A stretch of DNA of 32,294 bases, taken from the IMG/VR virus record IMGVR_UViG_3300021425_000103, positions 1 to 32,294 of that record; one strand, written 5' to 3'. Below the pieces are notes generated by a model. The model had not been told where the DNA came from and made no database searches. It saw only the letters and a program-made list of their open reading frames with translations. This document shows, in pieces, positions 10,836 to 21,700 of the stretch. The translations under genes were made by a program, and so were the position numbers. The DNA comes from a virus. Taxonomy: Duplodnaviria; Caudoviricetes. Each line of letters starts with the position of its first letter. Within the stretch, counting starts at the first letter, position 1.

Positions 10836-11042
10836 ATGTCTTATATCAAAGTTTCGGGGCACGATGGTCTTGTCAGAGACGAGACCACAGGTGCCATCTT
10901 AAATCACGACGATTCCGCTATCCAAGCGAGACGTAAACAAAAACAGTTGAATTCCGCGTTGGATGACATAAATAACTTGAAGGATGAAGTATCTGAAATC
11001 AAAGCTTTACTGCGAGAGTTAATCAAAAATGCCAGCAATTAA
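10836..11042 (+). CDS. Small conserved phage protein with C-terminal coiled coil (68 aa)
   Basis: MSYIKVSGHDGLVRDETTGAILN followed by a heptad helix (LDDINNLKDEVSEIKALLRELI); tightly packed between two structural genes and overlapping the next start. Confidence 0.75.
   Translation: MSYIKVSGHDGLVRDETTGAILNHDDSAIQARRKQKQLNSALDDINNLKDEVSEIKALLRELIKNASN
10968..10974 (+). promoter_or_regulatory. Probable late promoter (ATAAATA) inside the 68-aa ORF, serving the 1402-aa gene
   Basis: CATAAATAA about 55 bp upstream of ATG 11029. Confidence 0.55.
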
Positions 11043-14000
11043 TGTCGCTAGAACCGATACCTTTGAGCAACAAAGGGTAAAAATTAACGAGGTCGCAGAT
11101 GAGTTGTTTCAGCTTACTGGAGGAACTGGTGGTGCTACAATTTCCCCTGCAGGAGTTTCTCTTCAGGATGGCACAAAATCTGCTCCAGCACTAACATTTC
11201 AATCTGATACTAAATTAGGTTTATACAAAAATAATTCTAATACTGTCGGATTTGTTAGTAACGATAGATTAGCATTTACATACAATAATCTTGGTACATA
11301 TTTTGAGAATGATTTATTCTTAAGAAACAATTTTTTAGAAGATACATATCTCAACATTACAGAGACTGGATCTGAATATGATGTAGGAACTTTTACCAAC
11401 ATAACTTTATTTGGTGGTAGCGGAGTAGGTGCTGAAGCAACTGTTGTTATTGCGGAATATAATGGAGAGGTAACTGCAAATAACAATGTTGATGAATACG
11501 TAACTGGTCAATATACAAATATTCCTCTAAGTGGAGGAACAGGAAGCAATGCAGCAATTGATTTCCAAATTGTAACTACGGAAGTAGCAACTAAAGGTAT
11601 TATCCAGAATGGAGGAACCGAATATTTTCCAGGAACTTATACTAATGTATCACTAGACGGTGGATTTGGAAACGGCAAAGTAGCAGACATTGAAGTAACT
11701 GGAAGTATTACATTTAATACCACTATTTCCAATGCTGGCACTGGATATGCTGATGGTTCATATTCAAGCATTCCTGTTGATAACGTTCCGAGTCAAACTA
11801 TCAACCTTACAGTTGCTCAAAGAAAAGAGTTACTATTTACATATGGAAGACGTTATGAATGGAACGTTACCGATGATGGGTTGGCAACAGACTTTGTTTT
11901 TACTGGATCGACATCTGGAAACGATATTGCTATTACTGTTCAGAGAGGGGATTACTTAGTATTTAATATTAATGCTCCTGGTCATCCATTCTGGTTGCAA
12001 ACAACGGCAGGAGCATATGATCCTGCAAATGTTCTAATAGGTGCTGATGGTGTAACGAATAATGGTACTGACAGCGGAACTATTATTTTTGACACAAATG
12101 AAGTTTTTGAGGGAACTTTTTATTATGTTTGCGAAAACCATTCTACGATGAATGGAACTATAACTATATCAACAAACACAGGTAATTCATTTGCTGTTGG
12201 AGATACAGTTGCTTCTGCAACAGGAAGCGCAACTATCGTTAATTTTAACGATACTATTGGAGCACTTTATTTTGCGTCTGTAACTGGAACATTTTCAGTA
12301 GGACAAGAATTTGGTGCTGCTGGAGCATATGGCATTGTAAAAGCACCAGTAACAGATAAGTATCAATATTTACTAGATGGTAATGATTCCACACTACTTA
12401 ATACAAGTGTTGATTATTCTCAAACCATTTTATTAGATACTTCAGATGCATCAAATGTTGGGTATGATGTTTCTATCGCTGATGCATTTGGAGCTTCAAT
12501 ACAAAATACAATTGTTAGATTAAAAAATTACGGAACTCCTGGAAATGCTGGAGCATACTCTTTATTAGTAATAACTCCAGATGTTGTATCTCAAAATATT
12601 AGTGGATTTACTATCACACCAATTACTGGTCCAGATGGAAGGGGAGTTAATTTTTCGTTATCTCAGACTCCAGCTATTGGGCAATATATCCTTGATCAAA
12701 CCGCAAACATCGAAGTATCTGGTGGTCAAATTATTTCTTGGTCTATAGCAGATTATGGAGACAATTGGAAAGGCGGAGATCAAGTAACTGTAGATAACTC
12801 ATATCTTGGAGGGACTGGATCTGGAGCTTTAATAGCATATACATCTATTACAATTGTAGGTTCAGTTACTACTGTAACAATTACAAATGAGGGAAGTGGA
12901 TATGTAGAAGGAGATATTCTTACTTTTAACAATAGTATTACAGAAAATACTGGTACTGGTTTTGAGTATAGAATATCTAATAGAAGAGGAATTTCTGATA
13001 TTCAATTTGTTAATAGAGGAACAGGATATGTAGTAGGAGATATTTTAAGACTGCCACCAGATCCAGGTACTTATGGCGGAGATGATGGATTTGAGTTTGA
13101 GATTACTAAAGAAGGAACTCTAGAAAGTATCACTATCACAAATCCTGGTAGAAATTATTATACAGGTGATGTGCTTCAATTAGATAGAAGTGCTCTTGTA
13201 GCAAATCCAGGTGGATTGTCTGGTAATGAAATAGAAGCTTCTATCTCAGTTACTGATATTGATAGTTTAGTTCCAATTACTATAAGCAATACTGGAACAA
13301 TATCTGTAACTGGAACTGTTACATCTACATCGGTAGTTGGAGACACTCTAACTGGAAATACATCTGTAACTTCTCCTTTAGGAAGATTCACAAATGTAGA
13401 AGTAGATACAATTGAACCAAACTCATCGAATAGTCTATCAGTATCTTCTCCACTAGGAAATTTAAATATCGATGCAGGAAATATTTACATTGGTGGTATT
13501 GGTGGAACGACTGTAACTGTAGTTCCACTAACAGGTAATGTTACTACGACTGGAGTACTAAAAACAACTTCAGAATTAAATGTAAATAACATTTTAAGAA
13601 TTGTAGATAATGAAATTACTGTTTCTGGTGGAGATGACCTCATATTAAAACCAGATACTACAAGTGTTGTTAAAATTGATACAACTTCAGCGATAACAAT
13701 TCCCGCTGGTAATACTGGAGCAAGACCTCCAGTAGGAGTAGCAGCAGATGGTCAAATTAGATTTAATACCGACACAAATCAATACGAAGGTTATAGCAAT
13801 ACTAATTCTTCTTGGTCATCTCTTGGTGGGGTAAGAGATCTAGATGGCAATACTTACATCTTAGCGGAACAAACAGTAGGAGCAAACGATAATACTTTAT
13901 GGTTCTATAATGATGGTGATAACACTGTAAGATTTACTCCTTTTTATCAAGAATTTGTAGATGTTAAAAAAGTAAGATCTGTAAATACAAGTGCTCCAGC

Positions 14001-15237
14001 ATATGTAGATTGGACTGCAAATACTCCCGTTAATATTGGAGATTATCTAAAGTACAATCACGATATTTTTCTAGTAACTACTGCTGGAACAACTGGTGTA
14101 TCACAAGATCCACCAACTGATACAAGCGGCAACGTTTTTACAAACGGAACTGCAAATCTACAATATTCTACAACTGCTGTAGCAGATCTAACTTTTGAGG
14201 AAATTGGTACTTTAAAAATTGGTCCTAATACAGATGTACCATTAAGTATTAGCAGTGATCTAAGACTTGTCGGTAGCACTGTATCTACAGATATTAGCGA
14301 CCTGACCTTGGCACCAAACACTGGTAAGAAAGTTGTAGTTAATGCCAACACGACTCTGGCAATTCCATCTGGAACAACTGCCGAAAGAGGTATTCCTATT
14401 CAGGGATCAATTCGTTTCAACACCACAACTTTCACATATGAAGGTTATGATGGAACCAACTGGGGTTCCCTTGGCGGTGTAAAAGACGTTGATCAAAATA
14501 CTTACATTATTCCAGAAACTGCTCCTGGTGCAAATGAGAACACGTTGTTCTTCTATAATGATGGCAACAATACTATTAATTTAACTACCGCAAATCTTGA
14601 GATGCGTGGAGTTGATTCTATTAGCAGTCCTGTATCTAACACTCTAGAATTTACTGCAGAAACAATTCTCTTTAATAATGCTACTACAACTCTTGACAAT
14701 ACATCAACAACATCTACATTTTTACACACATCAAAACAATACTTCGATCTTGGTCTTTCCTCTGGACTTAATACCGATCCAGTCTTACGTTTAGATGATC
14801 AAGGTGATGTCTATTTTAACATTGGTTTCGGTACAGGAACTTTTTCTGGAGTTAAAGTTTTCGATGGAGAACTGAAAGACTTTGAGCTTGCTGATTATCA
14901 GATTGTAACGGAAACTATTAATTTGGATAAGGGAACTATCGATTCTGGCAGTGCTGATTTATATTCAACTTCTACCGCAATGGGTTCCAAGATAACAGTC
15001 TTTGCTGACAATGCAACTACTGGCGAAAGAGAATTTATTGAGTATGCTGTTATAGATAATGGAACGGATGTATTCCATACTGAGTATGGAAACGTAAGAA
15101 CATCTGGTCCGCTTATTTCAACCACCATTGAACTGACTGGACAAAGTATCGTGAGAATTAATATTGATTTAGATACAAGTTTAACAACTGGTGATTTAGT
15201 TAATATTAAAGTAATTTCACAACTCGCTAAGAAATAA
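11029..15237 (+). CDS. Virion structural / baseplate-fibre protein (1402 aa) with an embedded cupredoxin-like domain
   Basis: N-terminal TDTFEQQRVKINE motif seen in cyanophage structural proteins; several GxGY beta repeats; H319/C368/H371/M374 copper-type motif; duplicated G.IRFNT...YEGY...W.SLGGV.D.D.NTYI module. Confidence 0.75.
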   Translation: MPAINVARTDTFEQQRVKINEVADELFQLTGGTGGATISPAGVSLQDGTKSAPALTFQSDTKLGLYKNNSNTVGFVSNDRLAFTYNNLGTYFENDLFLRNNFLEDTYLNITETGSEYDVGTFTNITLFGGSGVGAEATVVIAEYNGEVTANNNVDEYVTGQYTNIPLSGGTGSNAAIDFQIVTTEVATKGIIQNGGTEYFPGTYTNVSLDGGFGNGKVADIEVTGSITFNTTISNAGTGYADGSYSSIPVDNVPSQTINLTVAQRKELLFTYGRRYEWNVTDDGLATDFVFTGSTSGNDIAITVQRGDYLVFNINAPGHPFWLQTTAGAYDPANVLIGADGVTNNGTDSGTIIFDTNEVFEGTFYYVCENHSTMNGTITISTNTGNSFAVGDTVASATGSATIVNFNDTIGALYFASVTGTFSVGQEFGAAGAYGIVKAPVTDKYQYLLDGNDSTLLNTSVDYSQTILLDTSDASNVGYDVSIADAFGASIQNTIVRLKNYGTPGNAGAYSLLVITPDVVSQNISGFTITPITGPDGRGVNFSLSQTPAIGQYILDQTANIEVSGGQIISWSIADYGDNWKGGDQVTVDNSYLGGTGSGALIAYTSITIVGSVTTVTITNEGSGYVEGDILTFNNSITENTGTGFEYRISNRRGISDIQFVNRGTGYVVGDILRLPPDPGTYGGDDGFEFEITKEGTLESITITNPGRNYYTGDVLQLDRSALVANPGGLSGNEIEASISVTDIDSLVPITISNTGTISVTGTVTSTSVVGDTLTGNTSVTSPLGRFTNVEVDTIEPNSSNSLSVSSPLGNLNIDAGNIYIGGIGGTTVTVVPLTGNVTTTGVLKTTSELNVNNILRIVDNEITVSGGDDLILKPDTTSVVKIDTTSAITIPAGNTGARPPVGVAADGQIRFNTDTNQYEGYSNTNSSWSSLGGVRDLDGNTYILAEQTVGANDNTLWFYNDGDNTVRFTPFYQEFVDVKKVRSVNTSAPAYVDWTANTPVNIGDYLKYNHDIFLVTTAGTTGVSQDPPTDTSGNVFTNGTANLQYSTTAVADLTFEEIGTLKIGPNTDVPLSISSDLRLVGSTVSTDISDLTLAPNTGKKVVVNANTTLAIPSGTTAERGIPIQGSIRFNTTTFTYEGYDGTNWGSLGGVKDVDQNTYIIPETAPGANENTLFFYNDGNNTINLTTANLEMRGVDSISSPVSNTLEFTAETILFNNATTTLDNTSTTSTFLHTSKQYFDLGLSSGLNTDPVLRLDDQGDVYFNIGFGTGTFSGVKVFDGELKDFELADYQIVTETINLDKGTIDSGSADLYSTSTAMGSKITVFADNATTGEREFIEYAVIDNGTDVFHTEYGNVRTSGPLISTTIELTGQSIVRINIDLDTSLTTGDLVNIKVISQLAKK
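13699..14586 (+). repeat. Two copies of a ~75-80 aa module in the 1402-aa protein (about 13699-13938 and 14362-14586)
   Basis: IPAGNTGARP...GQIRFNTDTNQYEGY...WSSLGGVRDLDGNTYILAEQTVGANDNTLWFYNDGDNT versus IPSGTTAERG...GSIRFNTTTFTYEGY...WGSLGGVKDVDQNTYIIPETAPGANENTLFFYNDGNNT. Confidence 0.85.
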
Positions 15238-15239
15238 AA

Positions 15240-15740
15240 ATGGCAACTACAAAAGATAAATTTGATTCAGTTGGTGGATTTTCTATCGACAAAACTGTCG
15301 TTGTTGATGAACTTAGAAACGCTAAAGATTTTAATACTTTAGAAATCAAAAACTCTGAATTTACAGACAGCAAAACTGTCCAGTATATATTGAGAGGAAT
15401 AAATACAGCAGTATTACAATTAGATACGGTTGGTTCTCAGATTCCAATCGATAATAACACTCTTAATTTTATCACAGGTCATGTAATTGCTGTTAATCCT
15501 TCAGGAACAGTTTATTCTGAAAAAATAGAAAGCGTTGTTTCGTGTGATAATGCTGGTCAAGTGTCTGTTCTTTCCAGTATGACTACTGTTATTAAAGATG
15601 ATATTCCAACAGGACAAACTTGGTCTATACTTCCTTTAGGAGCAACTAATAGATTTTCATATTCTACTACAAGAGCTGGCACAACAAACACTATCAAGTG
15701 GGTTGTTAGCACTCAGATAGTAAGTATTGCATGGCAGTGA
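15240..15740 (+). CDS. Hypothetical virion structural protein (166 aa, beta-rich)
   Basis: Starts 2 bp after the previous stop, same strand and codon style; no recognised catalytic motif. Confidence 0.7.
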   Translation: MATTKDKFDSVGGFSIDKTVVVDELRNAKDFNTLEIKNSEFTDSKTVQYILRGINTAVLQLDTVGSQIPIDNNTLNFITGHVIAVNPSGTVYSEKIESVVSCDNAGQVSVLSSMTTVIKDDIPTGQTWSILPLGATNRFSYSTTRAGTTNTIKWVVSTQIVSIAWQ

Positions 15741-15742
15741 TG

Positions 15743-15749
15743 CTAAATA
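15743..15749 (+). promoter_or_regulatory. Late promoter variant CTAAATA upstream of the 2926-aa fibre gene
   Basis: Intergenic GCTAAATAT about 35 bp upstream of ATG 15784. Confidence 0.7.
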
Positions 15750-15783
15750 TAAGTTAGGACAGTAGGCGCAGGTAGTCAGCACC

Positions 15784-18700
15784 ATGAGTTTTAATATCAA
15801 TTCCGATAAAGAGTTTGTTAGAGGTTCTCAACCTAGACTCATCGGTGATAACGAACTTACCATTCGATCTGGTACAGGATCGTTAGAAAAAGAAATCATT
15901 CGAGCTCAGATTGATAGTAACACTGGATTGCCTCGTGTTGGTATTAATAGGACTGGTCAAAAAGTTGATGTAATTACAATTACTGCTGGCGGTTCTGGAT
16001 ATACTGGTGCTCCTTCTGTTGTAATTTCTCCACCAACGACTCCAGGAGGAGTTCAAGCTCTTGCTTCTGCTTTTATTTTTAACGGCGAAGTTGTTAATAT
16101 TGCTGTCAATAATCCAGGAAGTGGATATACTTCTGCGCCAACAGTAACATTTTCTGGAGGAAATGGAGTAGGTGCTGCTGCTACCGCAACACTTGATACT
16201 GTTGATTTTGAGTTAGATATTTCTGGTGCTATCAGAACTTCCACGTCTATTATTTCTGATACTGCAAGAATTCTCAACTTAGACGTTGATAATTTAATTA
16301 GTCCAGATCTAAATCATAGAGCTCCAAACTTAAAGACCTATGCTAATAACACAGGAACTTTATGGTCTGCAAATGTTTTCTTACAAAAGGATTCATACAG
16401 ATATTTTGGAACAAACATTTATCAAGTAATAACTTCTGGCACTACTGGATCAGATGCTCCAACTCATACTGATGGTGAAGCAACCAATGGCACCGCTACA
16501 TTAAAGCATATTGGATTCAGAGCAGATGACGCTCAAGCATATAGTTATGGAGAGACTGGACCAGCAGGTATCTTTCCACGCTCTATCACTCCTCTACTTG
16601 GCGATAGATCTGATAAGATCGCTACAACGGAATACGTCCTCAACCTAGCAACGAATGACGTTGGTGGTCGTATTTACGTTTCTGCTCAAATTGGTGATGA
16701 TCAAAACGATGGTCGTTCTGCTGTAAATCCTGTTCGTACAATTAAAAAAGCAGCGCAGTTAGCGTGGGCAACACCTGGGGTAAAAGAAACTTTAATCGTT
16801 TCTGGTGGTGACTATGTAGAGGATAACCCAATTTCACTACCACCAGACTGTTCTGTTGTTGGTGATAACCTTCGTCTAGTAATTATTAGACCAGCAAATC
16901 CTGGAAAGCATATCTTTAAGTTTGGTGATAAAAACTACGTTACTGGAGTAACTTACAGAGATCAAATTGATTCCAATGGAGACTCTGTTGCTACTTGGGA
17001 CTTTGCGATGGTCTTTGATGACAAGCAAAGGATCATTATTGATAATGAAGTTAATGGTGATTTTGGTGTAGATTTTTCAATCGGTCATCAAATATTTGGT
17101 CCAGATAAATTTAATGTTTTGTTTCAACAGAACACTGGATTATCTGCACTCATTAGTGGATTAGAAGTAGTTGGTGTTAATACTGGTGCTAGAGCAAAAA
17201 TTAGTAATGTTAGATTCAATACAACTACTGGAGCGTCAGCATATATTAATGGTAATGTTGATGTTCTTCTAACTAGTGGTTCTTTCGTAGAAGGTGAAAG
17301 ATTTAATTATTTGGTTTCTGGTACTCAAGGAACTCAAATTAATACTCAAACAATTACCGCAACTGCTGGTACAAATAAATTAACTTTCTCAACCAATCCT
17401 ACCAATGATAGTATTATACCAGGAAGTTACATTTATTTGGATGATACTGCGAATGCTAATTTTACCCAAGGATTCTATGAAGTAACGGATGTTGATGACA
17501 CTAATGCTCCAACCAGTTATGAGGTAACAGTAGTACCTATTCTTGGATCATCTGGATGGGACACCAATCAAGCAGCATCTATTAATATTTTCCAGGCTTC
17601 TATTGTAACTCAGTCTTTTGATAGCACTTCTATCAAATCAATTAGAGCAGAAGGTGAAGTTGTTTCTGTAGATGAAGATATAACTTCTACTCTGCCAATT
17701 CAGAGAATTGATTTTTCTCTACAAGGAGATCCAAGCATTGCTACTGGAGGTTTCCAAAGTGAGCAATTTGGCGATGCAGAAGATTTGGGTGGTATTATTT
17801 TCTACACAAACCAATTAGTTGGCAGAGATAATATTCACGACTTCAAGGAAGGTCAAGAAATTGAAATTTCTGGATTGCCTACTCTAAATCCAGACCTATC
17901 GTTCTTGATGGGTAAGCAAAGAATTTACAAAGTTTTAGAGGATGCAGATGGTCGTTCTAGAAGATTTGTAATTCCAAAGAAAGCACCAACGATTAATGAT
18001 TCTAATTTTGATCCAGGTCAAACTGCTGTAGTAAAATCTTACTCAAAGTCAATTACATTATCCCTATTAAACTCACCAAACAAGTTTGATATTTCTACTC
18101 CCGTAGAAAGAAGATTCCAGGATGCTTGTGTATTTTTACGCAATAATAGAGATTTTATTGCAGACGAAGTTGTAGGCAAGATTAATGATCAATTTAAGAG
18201 AGACTATTATTCTGTTTATAACGTAAGTGGAAATTCATTTGATATTTTCTTAGGTGTATTGGATCATCCAAATACTTACGTCAGTGGAGGAACTGCTACA
18301 TTTAACGGAGTTACTGCCAATGTAACCAATTTTGTTTATGATACAACAGTAACTGGAGTAGCAACAGTAACTACAGATGCACCATTAAATCTTTCAGAAG
18401 ATGATACTGTGCAATTAGCAGATCTTTTGATTGAATGTGAATCTGGTCAGAAATTATATCCAGCATACAGTTCTCCTACTGTAACAAATAGCACAACTAA
18501 TGGTGATGAGCAATGTCGCCAAGACGTAAGACATTTTATTAATGCTCTAGTAAGAGACCTTGAGTTTGGATCTAATCATAACATTGTCGAAGCAGCACAG
18601 AAGTATATTGTTGGTGCTAAGATTGCTTATATTGAAAATGAAATTATCCAAACCGTTCGTGCAATTGAGTATGCTAGAGAACTAGCAATCTTTGCAATGA

Positions 18701-21700
18701 GAAACTGGAGAACTGGAGATGGAACTCCTTCTCAACCAACTTATACTCCAGTATATTCTAACGTACCAAGATATTTTGATGACAGTGTTATCACATCAAC
18801 TGCTGGAACTCCTGCATGTGATGATGTAAGATCTGCTATTGATACTCTTGCATATCTATATGTCGATGTTATCGCTAACGATGCTTCTGGTACATATCTA
18901 GATGCTGCATATTTAATTGCTAGAAACAGAGATCTAATTGCAGATCAAGCACTTATTGAAACAGAAACTCAATATCCTTCTTTAGGATTATCTGATATTC
19001 ATCAGAGAAAGTGTCGCAGAGATATCAACTATATTCTTGGCGGTCTCATTAGAGATCTTGTTCTTGGAGGAAACTCTGGTATCGTAACTAATGCAGAAGC
19101 ATATTTCTCTGGAACTGCTCTATCTGGTATCGATGCTACACAATTAGATGAGACGAGATATGCATATACTCAGGTAAGAGATCTTTCTATTGCCGCAATG
19201 CGTAATTGGAAAGATGGCGCTGGTGCTGCTGTATCTACATCTTCACCAATACCACAATTTACTGATAATACAATCTTAGTAGATCCTCTTGGTAATCCAA
19301 CATGTGCAAATGTAGAGAGCTCAATTACAACATCATTTGCATTATTAGACGGTATCTTAGAGTATGCGGATAATCCAGCAAGTCCAACTGCTATTGAACC
19401 AGGAACAACTGTTAAGACTACAGGAACATTATTTGATACTACAGATGTAATTACATATCCAAACAATTACATTTATGATGCCAACAATCAAAGAATGGCA
19501 ATTCGTGGTGACTTTGATGATTATCCAATTATTGAAGCATCGCCATATACCCAAAACGCTTCAATCATTTCTTTCCTTGGTGGTAGTGGTGCTTTAGTTG
19601 ATGGTTCTAAGGTCAAGCAACCTAACTGTCCTTTCCCTGGTCTAGAACTAGATGGAACAGCATCTTTCCCCAACCAGGGTAAGTCGATGGTTGCTGCGGC
19701 ATTCACCATCGTCTCCTTTGGTGGTACAGGATACAAAGTTATTGAAGATGGTTATACTCAGTTAGTTTCTGTTTTTGTTATCTTCTGTGCTGATGGTGTC
19801 CTTGCAGAAACTGGCGGTTATGCATCTATTACTAACTCTGCTACAAACTTTGGACAGTTTGCACTTAGAGGCACTGGATTTAGAAGAGAGGCATATGAGT
19901 TTGACACTGGTACTATTGTTAATGTATCCGCAACTCCAACAGGTAGAACAATCTTCACTGTTGATGGTCTAGGTAGAGAACCACTAGAGCACTATGTTGT
20001 AAAAATAGATGGATATTCTAATGTATCAAGCACTGTTGAGTATTTTATTGACAATGTAAGTGGTGTTACTGTTGGTCCTCCTTTCTCTGCTACTATCACT
20101 ATTGATGATGGAACTGGACAACCATATGCTGTTATCAGAGATAGCGATGGAACCAGTCAGAATGCAGCTGCACTCTTGGGAGAAACTATCAGATTACATA
20201 GACCATCTATTGTCAATAGCTCCTCACATACTTGGGAATATGCTGGTTCTGGTACTAACTACCTAGCACTACCTGAAAACGGTGGTACTAAGGTTGAGGC
20301 AAACGAGCAAGTGTCTCAGAACTATGGACGTGTTTATGTTTCTGGTACTGATGAACTTGGTGACTTCAAGGTTGGTACGTTTGCTAGAATTGAGAACAGA
20401 ACTGGTGCTATCACCTTTACAGGCACGGTTACGATCTCTGAAGTTGAATTCTTGAAACTGAAAGGTGGCGACGTTGTTGTTACTGGTTTCGACGCATCTA
20501 ACACACTTGGCGGTGCTAACTCCACCGATTCTAAACTACCTACTCAGAAGGCAGTTAAGGATTATATCACCAACAACCTTGGTCCTTACATCAACAAACC
20601 ATACTCTACAAACGCTGTTCCTAGAGCACTAGTCGAACTTACCGATTCTGGTAAGATCTCTGTGGATCAAATTCCTGCTCTAAGACCATTTGAGGTTTAT
20701 ACAGTTGCTAACCAACAAGAAAGGACTTCTATTGAAGGAGCACTTGCTGGTGATATTGCTATTCAACAAGACACAACTACTTCGTTCATTCTTAATAATG
20801 ATCTGGATAGTTTGTTTGCTGCATTTAATGTTGATCCAACTGTTCAATTTACAATTGGTGATATTTTTACGGGTAGTATAACTCAAGGAAGAATTCAAGC
20901 AACAGAATATAGACAAGGTGTTGTTTATCAAATCAACATTACCGATGGTGGTTCTGGTTACACATCGCCACCTACAGTAACGATTGCTGGCGGTAATCCA
21001 CAACAGGGTGCTATATCTGCTGCAGCAATTTGTACAATTGCTAACGGAGAAGTTGTTACTGTAACTATCATTGAATTCAATGGTTACAAAGGAGGAAAAG
21101 GATATACAACTGCTCCAACCATAACGTTCTCTGCCCCTGCTGGATCTGGAACACAGGCAACGGGTGTCGCATTAATTGAAAGTAGATTGTATGGTGATAT
21201 TGTTAATAACATTTCTATAGACGATACAGATACAATTGAATCAAGTGATATTCCATCAACCACTATCAATCTTACCAGAATTATTAATACTTCCTCGTTT
21301 GATAGTAATAACTGGGTATCACTAACTTCAAGTACGATTGATGGATCTACTTTGATTGGCGGTCCAATTCCAGCTAATGTTATTGCTTCTGGAGGAACAG
21401 CAAACTCATTTACATTCTTACGAGGAGACCAGAACTGGGCGTTGGCAGTACAATCTGTCAAGAGTTCAGAGACTAGATATTTTGCAAAACTAACTTCTCA
21501 AGCTTCTTCTGGAAGTGCAGAATTTCAATTTGCAACAAATTCTGATGTATTGATTGGTCATGAAGTAGTTAATAATGTAACTGGTATTCAAGCAAACACC
21601 AGTATTACTGGGGTTCTAACATCTGGTGGATTTACAACTATTTCTCTCAATAATAATCTAACAGCAACACTTCCAGTTGGAACAATTATTGAATTTGATA

